A stretch of DNA of 64,000 nt, taken from assembly GCA_013265495.1 (NCBI GenBank), contig MU058065.1, positions 10,457,720-10,521,719 of the forward strand, read 5' to 3'. The DNA comes from Vicugna vicugna. Its lineage: Eukaryota. The position numbers were made by a program, and so were the translations under genes. This document shows positions 11,036 through 23,999 of the stretch, in pieces (positions within the stretch are counted from its first letter, which is position 1; each line of letters starts with the position of its first letter). Below the pieces are notes generated by a model, which was given only the letters and a program-made list of their open reading frames with translations, was not told where the DNA came from and did no database searches.

Positions 11036-13269
11036 TCCAGTTTTAGCATCATATTGTCACTTGAAACATGGCTGATTGCTGTTGACTCATTTATTCCCTA
11101 CAGACAATTCTCATCTTAGAATGAAAGTATTAGATTGAAGAATTAAATAAAATTGAGAGTTTTCCCTATGTGTTTTGTATAAAGAGCAAAGTAGACAACT
11201 GTTCATCGATACTCATTGAGGATTCGCATGTGAAATAAATACTCCTAAACATGAATGGTGACTCTTGTCAACCGTTTCCATATATCATGAACAAAATGTT
11301 TGTCCTGGGGAGGCTGTTTTTCCACCATGTATCTTGCAATAAACATGGAGCCGGTTCTGCTAAAGTACCTTTCAGGAAGATAGTTCAGTGCTTGTAGAGT
11401 CACACTTTAAGAAACCCCAGCAGACCATTTGCTTCCCTCTTTATTCCAGAGCAGAGTGGCCAAGGCTGCTGGATTCCAGAGTTCTGAACACACCTTTGCC
11501 TTCTATGGCCTGATGATCTTTACAGTGAGTTCTAATGTTTTGGATCAAGCCAGAATAGGTCTGTCAGAAAAATACTGGTTGGGATAGTCTTTAATAAGAA
11601 GGCAGAATAAATGTGTTTATTTGTATTCATTTTTATAGCACTTAAGTCATTTTACTACTGCTCTCTTGAGGGCTAATGTCTGAATGTCAGGACACCAAAC
11701 ATCCCCAGAAAACGTTTTACATTTCCAATATTACATAATAAGCCTGGAGCTACTCCAAGCCTCATTAACAAAAACCTAATGATAAAACAGTAACAAGGAA
11801 GAAATGCCAATGAAGCACAAATTTGTTGAGACTAAATTACTTCTCACCCCAGCAGGCTTGTTACATTTGACATTTTATGAAACCAGCCAACATGGAAGGA
11901 AAAATAGCTCCAGGCGGGGACTTTGACATCAGACTTTGGGAGTCTCCATGGACAGCTGACACTACTGAAAAGGCCTGGACCTGTGAATTAGGATAGCAGT
12001 TCTTGTGATCAGTCTTTGTGATGAACTTCTTGTTCTCCACAAATGTATTTCACGTTCAAGAGGCACAGCCTTACACCATAGCAGGACAATGTGGCAGGAG
12101 GTAGGCAGAGGGAAAAAAGATCATCAGGCATTCTAGAGTACAGTCTTTTCATATATCTCTCAATGCCGTATGTTTGCTTTTACTTTGGTTAAGCACAACA
12201 ATCTGCTTGGAAAAAAATCTGGAAAAAAACAAAGGTGCCTTTGCCAATATTATGTTTCGCTTTGACAAGCTCTGAGATTTCTGAGGGGAATTCAGTGTAA
12301 ATGGGATCAAGTCATTCATTTATGTTGTGTACAAATATAATCTAAAGATACACCTCCACAGCAAATGTGCTTTCCTTAGGGTGGTCGTTTGGAGGACTAA
12401 GGGTGAAGCATCCTTTAAGATCAACTAATCAGGTAGGGTGTTCTTAGCGCTCTGAAATGCCCTTGTTGCAAATATTGGGTATGCTGATTAAATTCACACT
12501 TAATGGATATACTCTGGAAAATACAACCTTTAGCTTATAGATGGACAAATTCCACAGAGCAAAATCCAAAGCTCTGGCTAAGTTTTTATATTTTATGCAT
12601 GATTGAACTAAAGGAGTCCTGCTTGCTTTTTGGCATAAACAATTTTAGAATATTTCCAAGTCTTATTTAGAATGAGAGCCAAGCTACAAATTTTTAGGTA
12701 TACTTTGGACAACTCTAAAATTCAAGTGGACATTGTCTAGTTGTTTTTTTATATACTTTGTATGTATCTTTCCCAGAATTTCTAATTTTAAGTATGTTAA
12801 TTTAATTAATTAGTATGTGCTGATAAATTTATATGGAATCCCTCAAAACACTCAATTTCCTAAATTTTATATGGTGAAATCATATATTCAACATATTTAT
12901 ACATATATAATTTCATAGATTATTTCTGTGTAACTCATTTTAATAGAATCATCTGTGATTTTTAATATGTGGGATTTTATTTCATATTTCATAACAAAAT
13001 GGAGTTAACAATCCAGCATTAATTGTGTAATGTGATTTTTTTATGTATCTAAGAAGACTTAGCTTGAAGAATTAATATTGGATTGTTGCATATGTTCTGT
13101 ACTTAGTGCGTGATTAGTACTTACTATTTTATATCTAAAAATTATTTATATTTTTCTACTTAATTTTTATGATAAATTAATTATGGTAACTATAACAAAG
13201 ACTGAAGATTTTCAAGCAGCAGATATGAGTTGATTCACATATATAGGTATGAAATTTCTATTTCACAAG

Positions 13270-13470
13270 CAGGATGCTGGGTAAGAGCATTTTTGATTGG
13301 AGGAGCTGGGATAGTGGAGAGGAAAGTTTCTTGTCCCTAGTTTATCCTTAATAGCCATGTGGCACCGTATAAGTCATTTACCCTATTCAATCTCCTGTAT
13401 CTTTTCTTCTTTAAAAATGAGGTTATAATATTAGCTTTTCTTTCTTAAAAAGGCTAAAAGAATCAAAAGT
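13270..13470 (+). mobile_element. MIR SINE
   Basis: 'atagccatgtggcaccgtataagtcatttacc...ttcttctttaaaaatgagg'. Confidence 0.6.
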
Positions 13471-15709
13471 ATAGATATAGAATTTTTTAAACTATAAGGC
13501 AGTTTACTTGGAAAAGCTTATTGCTGTGATCACTGGATAGAATAGAAACAAAAAGAATCAATCCCTATCATATACCTTTTTTTCAGGGTACATAAAATAC
13601 CACAAGAACAGCTCTCTTCCTTTTTATGATATTAGGAGAATTGAATGACAGATACGTATGTTGACTGTATAGACCACAGAAGAACGTATTTGAAAATGAT
13701 TTGCACAAGTTGTTGAAATCATACCTTAGTTTTTACTTTATATATTACATGTTAGATTTAGTATCTGTAAGTTGGGAAGAAGAATATCAACAGTGAAGAG
13801 GGGAAAGGCGGTAGAATTAAAATTTTTCCAATATCTGTGCACGTGTAGACTTGCTAGATACTCTGCTATCCTTCGTAAACAGCATAGTTAGGGAAGAATA
13901 TCCTAAGGAAAATCATAGTTTGAATCAATAACCTAGAGCACAGTTTTTGTAAGATTTAAGAGCCTGTTTTATATTTAATCATGGAAGTTTCATTATGATT
14001 TAAAAACTCACTAAAACTTGCTGTTCCTCTTGTATACAGTTTTTCAAGTGGTAATACAGTGATTTATGAGGTTGGGGCTATTGCCCCTCATGGCTTTGTT
14101 AAATTACATAAATATTGTTGGGGTATAAGTGGACAATAATGAGAAATACATGCAGTCTTTAGCAACTTCTTCACTTTTCTTTCTGTCTGCTATTTGTTTT
14201 CCAACAACTCCTTAAACACTGCCCCTAATGTTCTCTGAACCCAATAATACTCACAGAACATAGATGTATCCTTTCTCTGCCAGGAAACTGAGGGATTAAT
14301 TTGGACACAGGAACTGATCCATCCACTAGTAGGCCTAGGAAAAACACCACAAAACAGAAGGGTTAGAAGGTTTATTCAAATTCTTGTAGTGATTGAATGT
14401 CTTTTTTTACAGTTGAGGATGTATAAATAATTTGGGGTAATTCTAGTGACTAATTTCTTAAAATTAATAGGAAAGTATTATAAACTTTAAACCTTAGCTT
14501 ATATCCCTTATATTATATGCCTCACTGTCTCATGTCTATTTATGTGTTCATGGCTTGTCACAGCTTTATGCTGTTTAAAACTTTAGTTTGACAATTTTTA
14601 GGTAAGAGATTATCCTTGGTGGAATGTCAAGTCCAATGCCAATTAGAATACATTGAATATTATCTGGCACATTATGCTGGTGTATACCTGCCTACATAGA
14701 ACAATGCTGATGATAAAATCAAATTTCTCCTTTAAATGTTTATACATAGGGAAATTGAAAGGAAGGCTTCTAGACTATGATAAAGGTTCAGTGTGTCACT
14801 TAGGATGAGTGAGTGGCCAGAACTTATATTAAGGATAATAAGGCATTTGGCAAAATTTATATAACCTGAAAGAAGCTGTACATACCTATATGAAATATGC
14901 GTATGTGTACAAATGGACACATATGCATGTACATATATATATATACACACATTCTTAAAATTTGCTTTAATGTTGTTTAAAGCCTAGCAAGAATAACCTG
15001 GAAAACATCCTATGTCTAGACTATTTCCCACCCAAAGATTTGTCCTCTTAAGAAAGTCTACTTAACCTGACTCTTCAGAGATAGAAGGTGCTGTTGGACA
15101 GACATGAATAGGCAAGCCCCTACCTAGGAATTCATTTAATGTTAGTAATCTTTAGTACCACTGAGCATAGGGTAAAGTTATTAATATTGGATTTAAATTT
15201 AAATGATCTCAGCTGTCAGGCAGCCCATCTTTCCTGGGTTCTTCCTCCATATGCCCTTCTTGGCATGTCAGATTAAGCACTACTAAAAACCATGCTCTTC
15301 AAATATATCCAGTGGGCTTCCCTGGTACAACAGAACATATTTGCCCTGCCTCACTTTCCTCAAGATCAAATTCATGGGGTCCGTATGATGGAAAAGAATT
15401 GGCTGTTTGTCATGGGATCTTCTCTGGATTGGTTGGTATTAAAATATAAATCATTTTGGAGAAGTTAAATAGGATCCTTTCTGAAACTCCATTTCTGGAA
15501 TGGCTCAGAAATACAAAACAAACAAACGTCACACATTTGAATAAGCCCTATGTCTTAGATTTCCTTTCTTCAAATTAGTAGGTTAATCCTATAAAATATA
15601 GATTCTAGAAAATTTTCTGAGGCTGGAAAAAAACCTCACTTCATTAAAGCAGCCCATACTTGAAAAGAGAGTAAACTGTAGAACAAAATTTCTGAGTATA
15701 AGAGTAATA

Positions 15710-15900
15710 AAAATAGACATGCATTAGCACTTAATAATAAGCCAGGGACTGTGCAAAGCATGTTGCATGCTTTTGCTCCACAGACTGGTCAGCTGGCACT
15801 ATTACCTTTACTACATATATGAGGGAACAAAGGTGGTTCCTCCTCCCGTCATATATTAACGTAATGCAGGAAATAAGTAGTAGAGCCAAAAGTTGGCCCT
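15710..15900 (-). mobile_element. MIR SINE
   Basis: 'aataataaaaatagacat...gcactt...gccagggactgtgcaaagc...actattacctttactacatatatgagggaac'. Confidence 0.65.
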
Positions 15901-16807
15901 CAGATTAGATTGCCTAATTTCTGCAGAGATCTCTGCTGTCAAAGTCTAAAATACCTAGATCTGTGACATAGGAATGAATTTGTGAGACACTAGAATTGTG
16001 TGACAGAGAGAGTAGAGGAAACAAATACTTAATTTACTCTTACAATGAACCCAGAAATTAATAGGTACTTATCTTCAACTATGAAGTAAGTATTGTTGTT
16101 TATATCTACCTTGTGAAGAAATTGAGATTTCAACAAATTTTGAAGTGTCAAAATCACATAGTTTCCCATTGAAAACAGTGGGATTCTTATTCATGTATTT
16201 GGGACTATTAATAACACTGCTCTGTGACTTCATGTTCCTGTGACATATGCAAGGTACTGTCACCGATATGTATAGTGTTTTTTTTTTGATTTCATACGAA
16301 ACTACTTTTAGAATCATCATGACCATGTGCTTCCAAGTTGGACTTTTGATATCAGTTTATTACACTATTTAATACAAAGGTTTTCCCAGAAATCTGAGTA
16401 GAAATAAGAGGAAGTGGTAGAATCCTAAAACTCCACCATGCCTTTTATGTCACAAGTTATCTCTCTTCCACTGTTTACAAGGTTGGATCAGAATATATGT
16501 GGTTCACAATTTAAAGTAAATTGTCAAAAGAGATAAAAGCTTCTTCAACTAGAAGCTTATATTGTATCAACTAAAATGTAGAATAATTGGGGCATCTCCT
16601 GGCATTCATGTTATTTATTTGTCTCCCTCTTTCTGCTTGTCTACTTTGATAGTTATGTGGGGTAGTAACTGGTAGCTCTTTGTCTTGCAAAAGAACCTGT
16701 GAATATAAAGATGCCCTTTTCTTGTAAACACTCTATCTTGGGCTTTATAAATTGTAATCAAAAGAAGTACCATAACCTGTCAAATCAAACTTAAAAGGTT
16801 ATCTTTG

Positions 16808-16887
16808 TAAACAACAAGGTCTTATTGTATAGCATAGGGAACTATATTCAATATCTTGTAATAAATTCTAATGGAAAAGAAAAAAAA
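16808..16887 (+). mobile_element. 80-bp L1 3'UTR fragment with A-tail and target-site duplication
   Basis: 'taaacaacaaggtcttattgtatagcatagggaactatattcaatatcttgtaataa...ggaaaagaaaaaaaa', flanked by TTATCTTTG at 16799-16807 and 16888-16896. Confidence 0.85.
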
Positions 16888-17824
16888 TTATCTTTGATAA
16901 TATATTATCTAATAGTAACCTGAGGTAAGATGGTGGCAATAAATAAATAATTGAGGAATAAAACAGAGCATAAAAATCATGAAAAAGGTGAGAATTCACT
17001 CTATTTGAAGAATATAGCTAAAAAGAATAATAATAAAAAAGCCATTTAATCCAAAATATCACTGGGTGACTTAACTGTCACATGCATAATCACTGGAAAT
17101 GGGGTTTAGTTGAGTGAATGTCTAGACAGCTACTTGTTTCATTTTTATGGAAAATTTACTTACTTTAAATGTCATCCTCAACCATCCTGAGTTTTGAATT
17201 GAGTATCTATTTTTTTAAATAACACTGTCAGATTAGATTTGGGTATTGATACAGGCAATGTATTGCTTATATTATGTGGTTTTTATTCTTTCACTTAGTC
17301 TTCTTAACATTAATCTTTGAGCAAAAGTGTATTAAAATTCATTCATTCATCTCTTCCTTAATGTAGTGATTCATATTTATAGAAATGATAAAAGTGAAAC
17401 AAAATCATTGATTTTTTTCATAGCAAAATTCTTCCTGTTAATAACTATATTCATATTGTTTGAAAAAATTTAAATGGTTATTTTCCTCCTTTCTTCTAGT
17501 TAGCTCTTGATTTCTGTATCCATATCTAAACTTGATTCATCTTTAGCATACTGTTACTACATCTCACCTATAATGAGTCCTAGAACTTTTCAGGTGAGTT
17601 CAGTATCACATATTGAAACAATACCAGGAAACTAATCTAGAGGATTAGGATAGGTGATGAACCTAATGTATGATCTAGGAAAACAGTAATTGTATCTTAG
17701 AAGAAGAAACTACTCTAAATCAACACAAAAGCAGGAATCTATTAAAAAAGGAAAATATCATGAAATTTAAAAGTATAAATGACACATTTATAATTTGTTT
17801 AATTTGATTTTAGTAAATTTATTT

Positions 17825-17848
17825 TGTGTGTGTGTGTGTGTGTGTGTG
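17825..17848. repeat. (TG)12 microsatellite
   Basis: Perfect dinucleotide run seen directly. Confidence 0.95.
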
Positions 17849-18409
17849 ATCTAACCTGAAGTCAATAATTGGTAAAGGCTGTATTTTTATAAATAGCATA
17901 ATTCAAATAAAATATCTTGAAATTCCATGTATAATGAATACACTAACTAAAATTTTAAAAATATGTTGCAATATTTAAGCAAATGAGATCACATTCAAGA
18001 ATAATTCTACCTCAATTTTGTATCTATAATTTTATGTCTTCTGCTCTTAATAACTATACATTCTCATAGATTAGTTCTCATTTACTGTCTTCGCTTTTTA
18101 TTCTTTCCCTTCTTCTACAAAAAAAGACACATTTGTGTTTTTCTTCTTTACAATAACAAGAACTATCCTATGCAGACAATTTTGAAAATTAAATAGGAAA
18201 GTATAAAGAAAAAAATACCAATCTAAAGGTCATTTATCCTGCTATCGGGTGATAACCACTTTAGGATATGTAACAGATTTTATCACATACAGAAATCTTA
18301 ACTTTCTTCTGAATATCTCCCGTTTGATATTTGGCAGATACTTCAGATTACAATATTCAATTCTAAACTTACTATTAGATCTGTCAAAATTAGGAAAATA
18401 TTATAATAC

Positions 18410-18835
18410 ATTGGAGAGGAGACAGTGGTTAAAATTAGAGTGATAACAAGGTGAAGAGGAAAGTTAAGATTCTGGATATATTGTAAGGGAAGAACTTATA
18501 GAATTTTCTGGTCAGTTGGATGTGCAGTGGGAGAAAAAGGAAGGCAAAAGGATAACTAGTGTTTTCAGTCTGAACAGTTGAAGGATGTTGTTTCCATTTA
18601 TTTCCAATTTAGTAGGAGCAGCTTTAAATAAAGATGTATCAAGTTTTTAGCTTTGGACATATTTAATTTAAGACACCAAAGTAAGGATGCTGAGAATACA
18701 GTTGAAAATAGAAGTTTGGGTATTGGGGAGCTACTTGGATGAAAAGCATAACTTTGAGAGATTTCAATATATAGTTGAATAAATAAAGCCACGAGAAAGT
18801 AAAAGAAATGATATAAATAAAATAGAGTAGACAGG
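18410..18835 (-). mobile_element. L2a fragment
   Basis: 'gattctggatatattgtaagggaagaac...ttggatgtgcagtgggagaaaaagg...agtttttagctttggacatatttaatttaagac'. Confidence 0.8.
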
Positions 18836-18848
18836 AATATATAGGGTC

Positions 18849-19067
18849 CAGGCATTGGCAAATTACAAGCCATGGATAAAATCCACCATCTATTTTTATA
18901 AATAAAGTTTTATTGGAATACAGACATGCCAGTTTGTTTCCATATTGCCTATATCTGATTTCACACTACAATTCCCAAGTGGAATAGTTACAACAAAGAT
19001 TTCATGATCCACCAAGCATAAATCATTTGTTACCTGACTCTTCACAGAAAAAGTTTACTGATCCCTG
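18849..19067 (-). mobile_element. MER58A hAT-Charlie MITE
   Basis: Termini 'caggcattggcaaa' and 'aaaagtttactgatccctg', internal 'aaataaagttttattggaa'. Confidence 0.88.
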
Positions 19068-19954
19068 CTCTAGAGGAAGTTAGCTAGCAGAAACAAAAAG
19101 TTGTATTGTTTTTCACTTCAGTTTTTCAAGGACAGTGCTAGTAGTTTATACCAATTATGATAGCATCCAGAACAAATAAATAACAGACCTTTTCCATTTC
19201 TGATGGGTCTTTGGACAAAATATTATATGGTCATTCAAACTGAGATTAAAATAGAAAAATTGCATCTAGAACACAGTAGATAATAATAACACATCATTAC
19301 ATTTTATCTTGGCTAAATGGTTTCAAAGTGTGAAACTATGTTTAATAATTTTTTAAGAGTCTATAAATTAACTTATTCTCTTATAAAATGTAGTCAAATG
19401 CTGATAATGTTTATGCGTGCCATATTATAGTGGAAAAGAGGGAAATAGTTCCACAAAATAAGTCATACAATAGGGAAAAGTAATAATCCTAGCAGTTGTC
19501 GCCCCTGGAAGTCTCCTGTCTTTTTAATACTGAGAGTTAGAAATTAGATGGGCTGCAATTATTCTATTTCAACTTAGAGTAACTTGAACAATATGTACTA
19601 GCATTCTTTTTAATAGAATTCAAGAATGAGGCCTTCTATTTCAAATAGTCCTGGTTGTCTTACATAGGACAAGTGGAGAATGTAGTATGTTACTTGGATT
19701 TTCTTTATAAATTTTGCTTCAAATCACTACCCCAGACAATGATTCTCACTTTCAATGTGAGTATATCTGTACTGATTAGTATTATATTTGATGACAGAAA
19801 TGTGGCATAAGCTAAGTAAAAATGTAAAGTTTAAAAATATATAATTGTTTAATGCCTTTTGATTTTTTATGTCTTTTATTCTTTAAATTTTTGGTGTTAG
19901 TTGGAATGACAAAGCATGTTAACTGGTCATGTGGCTATAATAGTCCAATTGTTC

Positions 19955-20308
19955 TGACTTAGTTCAGGCTGCTATAACAAAATACCATGGACTGGGTGGC
20001 TTAAACAGTAATTTATTTCTCACAGTTCTAGAGGCTGGGAAGTCCAAGATCAAGGCGCCACAGACCTGATGTCTGGTGAGTATCCCCTTCCTGGTTCTCA
20101 GACTGCAGTCTGCTCATTGTATCTTCTCATGGCAGAGAGAATCATCTTTCTCCTGTCTTTTCTTATAATGGCACTAATCCCATTCATAACAGCTCCACTC
20201 CCATGACCTAATCACCCCCTAAAGGTTCTATCTCCAAATACCATCACATTGGGGATTTAGACTTCAACATATAAACTTTAGAGTGACACAAACATTCAGT
20301 CTATAGCC
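19955..20308 (-). mobile_element. MLT1A/MLT1A0 MaLR solo LTR
   Basis: 'ttcaggctgctataacaaaataccatggactgggtggcttaaac...ggctgggaagtccaagatcaagg...acacaaacattcagtctatagc'. Flanks tgttc/agttc match 4 of 5. Confidence 0.93.
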
Positions 20309-20492
20309 AGTTCTAAAGATAAAATGATAAACATATTTTTAGAAAGTCATGAATATTTGCAAAATATCATGAACTAAATAATATAAAATTTAAGTCTATC
20401 AAAGGCAGTCAAATCAATAGCAAACTAATTGACTGTTAGCTATGATCTCCCAAAAGATTCTTATAAACCAATTCATGATATGAACTAGTTTA

Positions 20493-20856
20493 CTTATTTA
20501 TTTTTATTGAAGTATAGTTAATTTACAATTATATTAGTTTCATGTGTACAACATAGTAATTCAGTATTTTTTCAGATTATGCTCCATTATAAGTTATTAT
20601 AAGGTAATGGCTATAATTCCCTATACTATACAATATATCTTTCTTGCTTATTTATTTTACACATAGTAGTTTGTATCTGTTAACCTCTTAATTTGGCGCT
20701 CCTCCCTTCTCTCTCCTCTTTGGTAACCACAAATTTGTCTTCTGTATCTATCAGTCTGTTTCTGTTTTCGTTTACATTCATTTATGTTATTTTTTAGATT
20801 CCACATATAAGTGATATATACGGTATTTGTCTTTCTCTGTCTGGTTTATTTCACTA
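20493..20856 (-). mobile_element. 5'-truncated L1 3' end with 13-bp TSD
   Basis: 'tttttattgaagtatagttaatttacaat...tttagattccacatataagtga'. TSD atgaactagttta (20480-20492) / atgaattagttta (20857-20869). Confidence 0.9.
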
Positions 20857-21511
20857 ATGAATTAGTTTAGACATTAACAAAATGTTAGTTTTTAAAATTC
20901 TGCTGAATACTGTATTATTCAAAATGAATAGTGAGAGTTCTGTAAGTCAAGTAAGTCAGATCAATGCTGTGGCATCATTATGTAGAGTATTGCCTGATAA
21001 AGCCTGTGGTGTAAGAGCTCTACAGGAGAGCCAGAGGATAAGCCATTTAATTTTATGAAGTCCTGAGTTTATATTAAATTCTTAAATTACTTGGCAAGAA
21101 GCAGAAAGAAAAAATGACAGTGCTGGTCTAAAAGTACAACCAAATGTTGAGGTATCACAGAAAACAATGGGTAAGTGAAATGAGGAGACTGATCCTCCAT
21201 GGGTCACTCTATGTATAACATATGGTAGTTTTAAAGTAATTAAATATTATGAAATAAAAATTTTCACAGAACAATTATGTTTTCCTATCCTGTATAATTT
21301 TCCATATAAGATAATTTGCATTTCAACTTCAAGAAAATAGAACAAAGTTTTGGAAACATTAAGGTTATATTAAAACTTACACATAACAGCAGTTTAATTG
21401 CATTATAGTTTTGTACATTTCTATTAGATTTGTTGATATTCATAGTAAATTTAAGCATATGTATGATTGCAACTATCTTTTTATCTGGTAAAAAATATTT
21501 CCTGTCCTAAT

Positions 21512-21647
21512 ATGAAAATGATGTATGTGTATGTATGACTAAACTGTTATGCTGTACACCACAAATTGACACAACATTGTAAACTGACTATATTTCAGTT
21601 TTTAAAAAAAGTTTCTTACCTGTCAAAAAGAAAGAAAAGAAAAAAAA
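21512..21647 (+). mobile_element. Short L1 3' end with double A-tail and TSD
   Basis: 'tgtatgactaaactgttatgctgtacaccacaaattgacacaacattgtaaactgactata'. TSD atttcctgtcctaat (21497-21511) / atttcctgccctaat (21648-21662). Confidence 0.88.
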
Positions 21648-22167
21648 ATTTCCTGCCCTAATGAAAGTGAAATAATGCTTAGTAAAATCCGTAGAACATT
21701 TCTGTTTTTGTTCTGCTTTGTTTCCTCAAAGAATGTGCTTGAGTTATATTCACTATCTAATTTTCATGTACTGTTCTCTGTCCTGGTGCATAAATTTAGT
21801 CTCCATTTTGGGAATAGGTATTCCTTCAATATAAAAAGGTGAATTGAAAATGGATATCACAGTTAGTAAAGAATCCAGTAATAAATATATAAAAATTTGC
21901 TCTCATATGTAATATAATCATATAATACATAATGGAAGAACATTTTTAAAGTAGCATAAATAATTAAGAAGAGTAATCCAAAAATACATGTGCAGAAATT
22001 ATGATTATCTGAAAATTATTCAGATATATGAAATATTTCTTGAATTAAATTAAGTAATATAATGTGATCTTATATTTAATTACCTCAAAGACTTTGTGAG
22101 AGGTTAATTTTCAAGATGGTTGTAAATTTTATCTATTAAAAACTGATAAGGTTTTTTGAAAAAGTAG

Positions 22168-22207
22168 ATGGAATGAAATGGAATGGAATGGAATGAAATG
22201 GAATGAA
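22168..22207. repeat. (GGAAT/GAAAT)n pentanucleotide repeat
   Basis: 'atggaatgaaatggaatggaatggaatgaaatggaatgaa'. Confidence 0.9.
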
Positions 22208-22314
22208 AACTTTCCATATCACTTTTTTAAACACTTTATAAGTTACAATAATTAAACATATATGCTACTGAGGAAAAATAGGAAAAAAGATTAATGAAAG
22301 ATAGTTGATGAACT

Positions 22315-22476
22315 AGCCAGTTGCTCTCCTGAGTCTCTAGCTTGCCAACTACAGATCTTGGAACTTGTCAGCCCCCTTAGCTGTGTGAGCCAATTCCCTG
22401 TAAGGAATCTTAAATCTCTTTCTCTATACATATATATCCTCTTGATTCTGTTTGCTTGGAGAATCCTGACTAAGAC
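22315..22476 (+). mobile_element. MLT2 (ERVL) LTR, 3' portion
   Basis: 'cagatcttggaacttgtcagcc...tgtgagccaattcc...ttctgtttgcttggagaatcctgactaagaca'. Confidence 0.85.
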
Positions 22477-22784
22477 ACAAGGCATGGCTCAAAAAGGAAG
22501 AAGAAGGCATTACAGCCAATAAAGAAAATAATCTTAAAAAAAAGAAATGAAAAGAAAGATATTTGATAATTCAGAAAGAAAACTTAGTACACTTAAGAAA
22601 GAGTTTATATGTTTCCTACGTTAAGGGCAGATGGTTTGGGAAAATCATTAACAAATCATTTCCTAATCATTATATAAAAAGTAATTTATATTCACAATAA
22701 AAAGATATTCCACATGATTTCAAGATCTTACTGTGGAAAAAGTAATTTAAAAAAAAATTTTAAATCCACAATTATCATGAAAAA

Positions 22785-23680
22785 CTGGTTTCAGAGTACC
22801 TGCCTCAGCTTGTACATATAAAGAGCTAAGAAGAGGTCAAACCTGCCCTTACAATAAGAAATAGCAGAAGAAACCAGAAACCAATTACTTTTCTTGGGCC
22901 CATATCAGAGAGCTCAGGTTACAGGCCAGGCCACCAACTGAGAATTTGAAAAGATGGGCACCTACAGGGAGAAACAAAACTTGAGCATTTACTTATCTGG
23001 AACAGAAGCCGTTCAATGCTTTACAAGCTGTTAAGACATTAAAGCAGCAATTTTGACAAGTTAGTGGAAGTTGAATGTGGGCTAATGTAAGAGTGAGATG
23101 CTTTCCTGGGGACCACATTCATGCGAGGTCCTCATACTTCGTAGGCTTTTCCTCCAGGAAACACAGTAGGTTCTCATAAGGAGAATGGAAAGAATCCAGA
23201 GAAAGTTCCTCTGTGGTACTGGCTAAGGAGAGGAAGGGCAACTACCACGAAATCCACCCAGACCTCTCCTCTCGTTAAAAGCCTTACTTTCTAGGGGAAT
23301 GATATCATCAGAAAGCAAGGTGGAATACTGCAGCTAGCTAGCTGGGGAAGGAGACCACTTAGCCGCAGCCTCCCGATCTCATGAATGGGGAGGGGAGAGC
23401 CTTAATCTGCTTTTTCCTGGACATAGAACAGGAAAAGTAGAGGTTACCTGCTGTAGCTGGGGAAGGTAAAAAGAGTAAAAGAGAAAAAAAGCTCCATCTC
23501 TGGAGGATACGCAGAACACTTATGAAGGTCATCTATCCCCCAAGACACAGGTCCAGCATGCACTCCAAACGCTGAACTTAATCAGGTTAGGGAACACCCT
23601 CTCCAACACTCTACCACCAGGCTAATGAACCTCCAGTAATAACAATGCATCTCAGCACAGTCTGTTAAACAGAATAGGCA
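22785..23680 (+). mobile_element. Old L1 5' UTR region (L1MC/L1MD-type)
   Basis: GC-richer block with 'cttgagcatttacttatctggaacagaagcc'. Homologous to a second copy at about 40550. Confidence 0.55.
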
Positions 23681-23999
23681 TTGAGAACATCTTTTGAAAG
23701 AGAGAGGAAAAAAAGAGGAAAAATAAAACAAAACACTTCAATGTTATGTTTGTAGGGAATTCAAAAAATGTTGACTTTATTCCAGGTAACAATGCACATA
23801 TATCTAACACAAGTGTCAGAAGTGGAGCTCCTCTGGAATCATAAGAGAATGGAGAAGAGTATATGTGGTCTGAGTAAAATAATGTTATAGAAAATTAGGA
23901 GTTTGGAGTTTGTATACTGGGGGCACTTAATGGGATGGTTTGGGTGTAATGGCTTGCCTACAGGATATAGAACAATTGACCTCTATAGCAGAGAAAGCT

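Noticed and set aside
22785..23680. GC-richer block as a promoter or CpG island
   Set aside because: CpG remains sparse, and the block is better explained as an old L1 5' region with a homolog at about 40550.
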